From a virus (Duplodnaviria > Heunggongvirae > Uroviricota > Caudoviricetes), in the IMG/VR virus record IMGVR_UViG_2913112809_000005: DNA of 16,976 nucleotides. One strand, 5' to 3'. The translations under genes were made by a program, and so were the position numbers. Each line of letters begins with the position of its first letter. Within the stretch, counting starts at the first letter, position 1. The notes under the pieces were generated by a model. That model saw only the letters and a program-made list of their open reading frames with translations, made no database searches and was not told the origin of the DNA. Below, piece after piece: positions 16,394-16,976 of the stretch.

Positions 16394-16413
16394 TACTGTA
16401 TACGTATACAGTA
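16394..16413. promoter_or_regulatory. LexA (SOS) box, near consensus
   Basis: TACTGTATACGTATACAGTA, a perfect CTGT-N8-ACAG palindrome matching the gammaproteobacterial LexA consensus TACTGTATATATATACAGTA at 18 of 20 positions. Lies in the divergent intergenic region; a TTGACA hexamer sits 21 bp to its right (16435-16440) and a TATTAT hexamer overlaps its left end on the minus strand. Confidence 0.7.
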
Positions 16414-16634
16414 TAGTGTAAAATGATACTCCTGTTGACAAGAAACATAATGCAAACAATATATTTATTTCGTGAATTTATGGCGTTCATTAATACTAAA
16501 AATTTATATTTTGGGTGATTATTTATTTGTTTGTTGAATGTATTGAGTAGCAGTAATGACAACTGCTTAGCGTATATCCGTGGTTTTACACGCATCGGGT
16601 CTTATTCAGGATGCAAGATATATGGAGATGAAAA

Positions 16635-16976
16635 ATGATACGAAAATCAAAAGAGATGGCCCGGACACCGGAGATTATTAACGACCTGGCTTTTCATGCA
16701 TCGCAAGTTCTGATTGAAAGCATCATTCTCGACAGTTCATCGGCAGAAAATGTGGGTTTTGCCATTGCCGACCGAATGATGCGTAACTGGGGCGGACAAA
16801 GCATCTATTTCCCTAAGGGGATCTCCGGACGAGCATCGGAGCGTGACTACCAAATCTATAGCGAGTGCGATGGGCGCAACTACGCTGAATTAGCGAAGAA
16901 ATATAATCTGACGCTGCAATGGATTTATAAGATAGTCAAACGTGTACATACGGAGAAGCAGCAGAGTCGTATGTAG
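16635..16976 (+). CDS. Mor/C-family transcription activator (phage Mu middle/late activator family)
   Basis: 113-aa ORF with GGAG RBS. C-terminal region (GGQSIYFPKG...ERDYQIY.ECDGRNYAELAKKYNLTLQWIYKIVKRV) closely parallels the Mu Mor/C DNA-binding region (GGGQVYIPRG...RDLRIWNDFNGRNVSELTTRYGVTFNTVYKAIRRM). Complete ORF ending with TAG at the window edge. Confidence 0.7.
   Translation: MIRKSKEMARTPEIINDLAFHASQVLIESIILDSSSAENVGFAIADRMMRNWGGQSIYFPKGISGRASERDYQIYSECDGRNYAELAKKYNLTLQWIYKIVKRVHTEKQQSRM

Noticed and set aside
16350-16595. 81-aa minus-strand ORF in the intergenic region
   Set aside because: It lies entirely within the AT-rich divergent promoter region and spans the LexA box and candidate promoter hexamers. 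The Ile/Asn/Lys/Tyr-rich translation is typical of chance ORFs in AT-rich DNA and no RBS was seen.
1-16976. Intact Mu-type transposable prophage
   Set aside because: Apart from the Mor/C-family activator and the tail gene order, no Mu hallmarks are seen in the window: no transposase, invertible G segment with Gin invertase, mom/com, or head genes between lysis and tail.
1-16976. Type VI secretion system or eCIS-type injection system
   Set aside because: The cluster has a tape measure protein, tail fibre with chaperone, P2-type gpU/gpX/gpD and a lysis cassette, and lacks ClpV/AAA+ ATPase, TssB/C-type split sheath, membrane-complex genes or toxin-payload genes. It is a phage-derived tail.
1-16976. 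CRISPR arrays, tRNA/rRNA genes, integrase or transposase genes
   Set aside because: No regularly spaced direct repeats, no tRNA-like structures and no recombinase-like ORFs were seen in any frame.

Overview
The window is dominated by one long minus-strand contractile-tail gene cluster (about 14728 down to 1516) of the P2/Mu myovirus type, in the order gp37-like, small protein, sheath, tube, gpE-like chaperone, tape measure, gpU-like, gpX, gpD, gpV spike, then gpW, gpJ, gpI, tail fibre, fibre chaperone-like, and a terminal YiiX/YaeF-like permuted-papain cargo gene. Immediately upstream on the same strand is a three-gene lysis cassette (small membrane protein, SLT-domain lysin with N-terminal hydrophobic leader, membrane-anchored coiled-coil protein) that ends in its own intrinsic terminator. 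Divergent from it, across a 537-bp AT-rich intergenic region carrying a near-consensus LexA/SOS box, is a plus-strand Mor/C-family (phage Mu) transcription activator. No capsid, portal, terminase, integrase, replication or tRNA genes are in the window. My main hypothesis is that this is an SOS-inducible, activator-driven headless tail module with its own lysis genes, i.e. a candidate R-type tailocin (phage-tail-like bacteriocin) or the tail/lysis arm of a Mu/P2-hybrid prophage whose head genes lie outside the window. The left edge holds a visibly AT-rich GT4 glycosyltransferase gene on the minus strand. All calls come from reading the translated ORFs and the DNA by eye against remembered family motifs; no database search was run.
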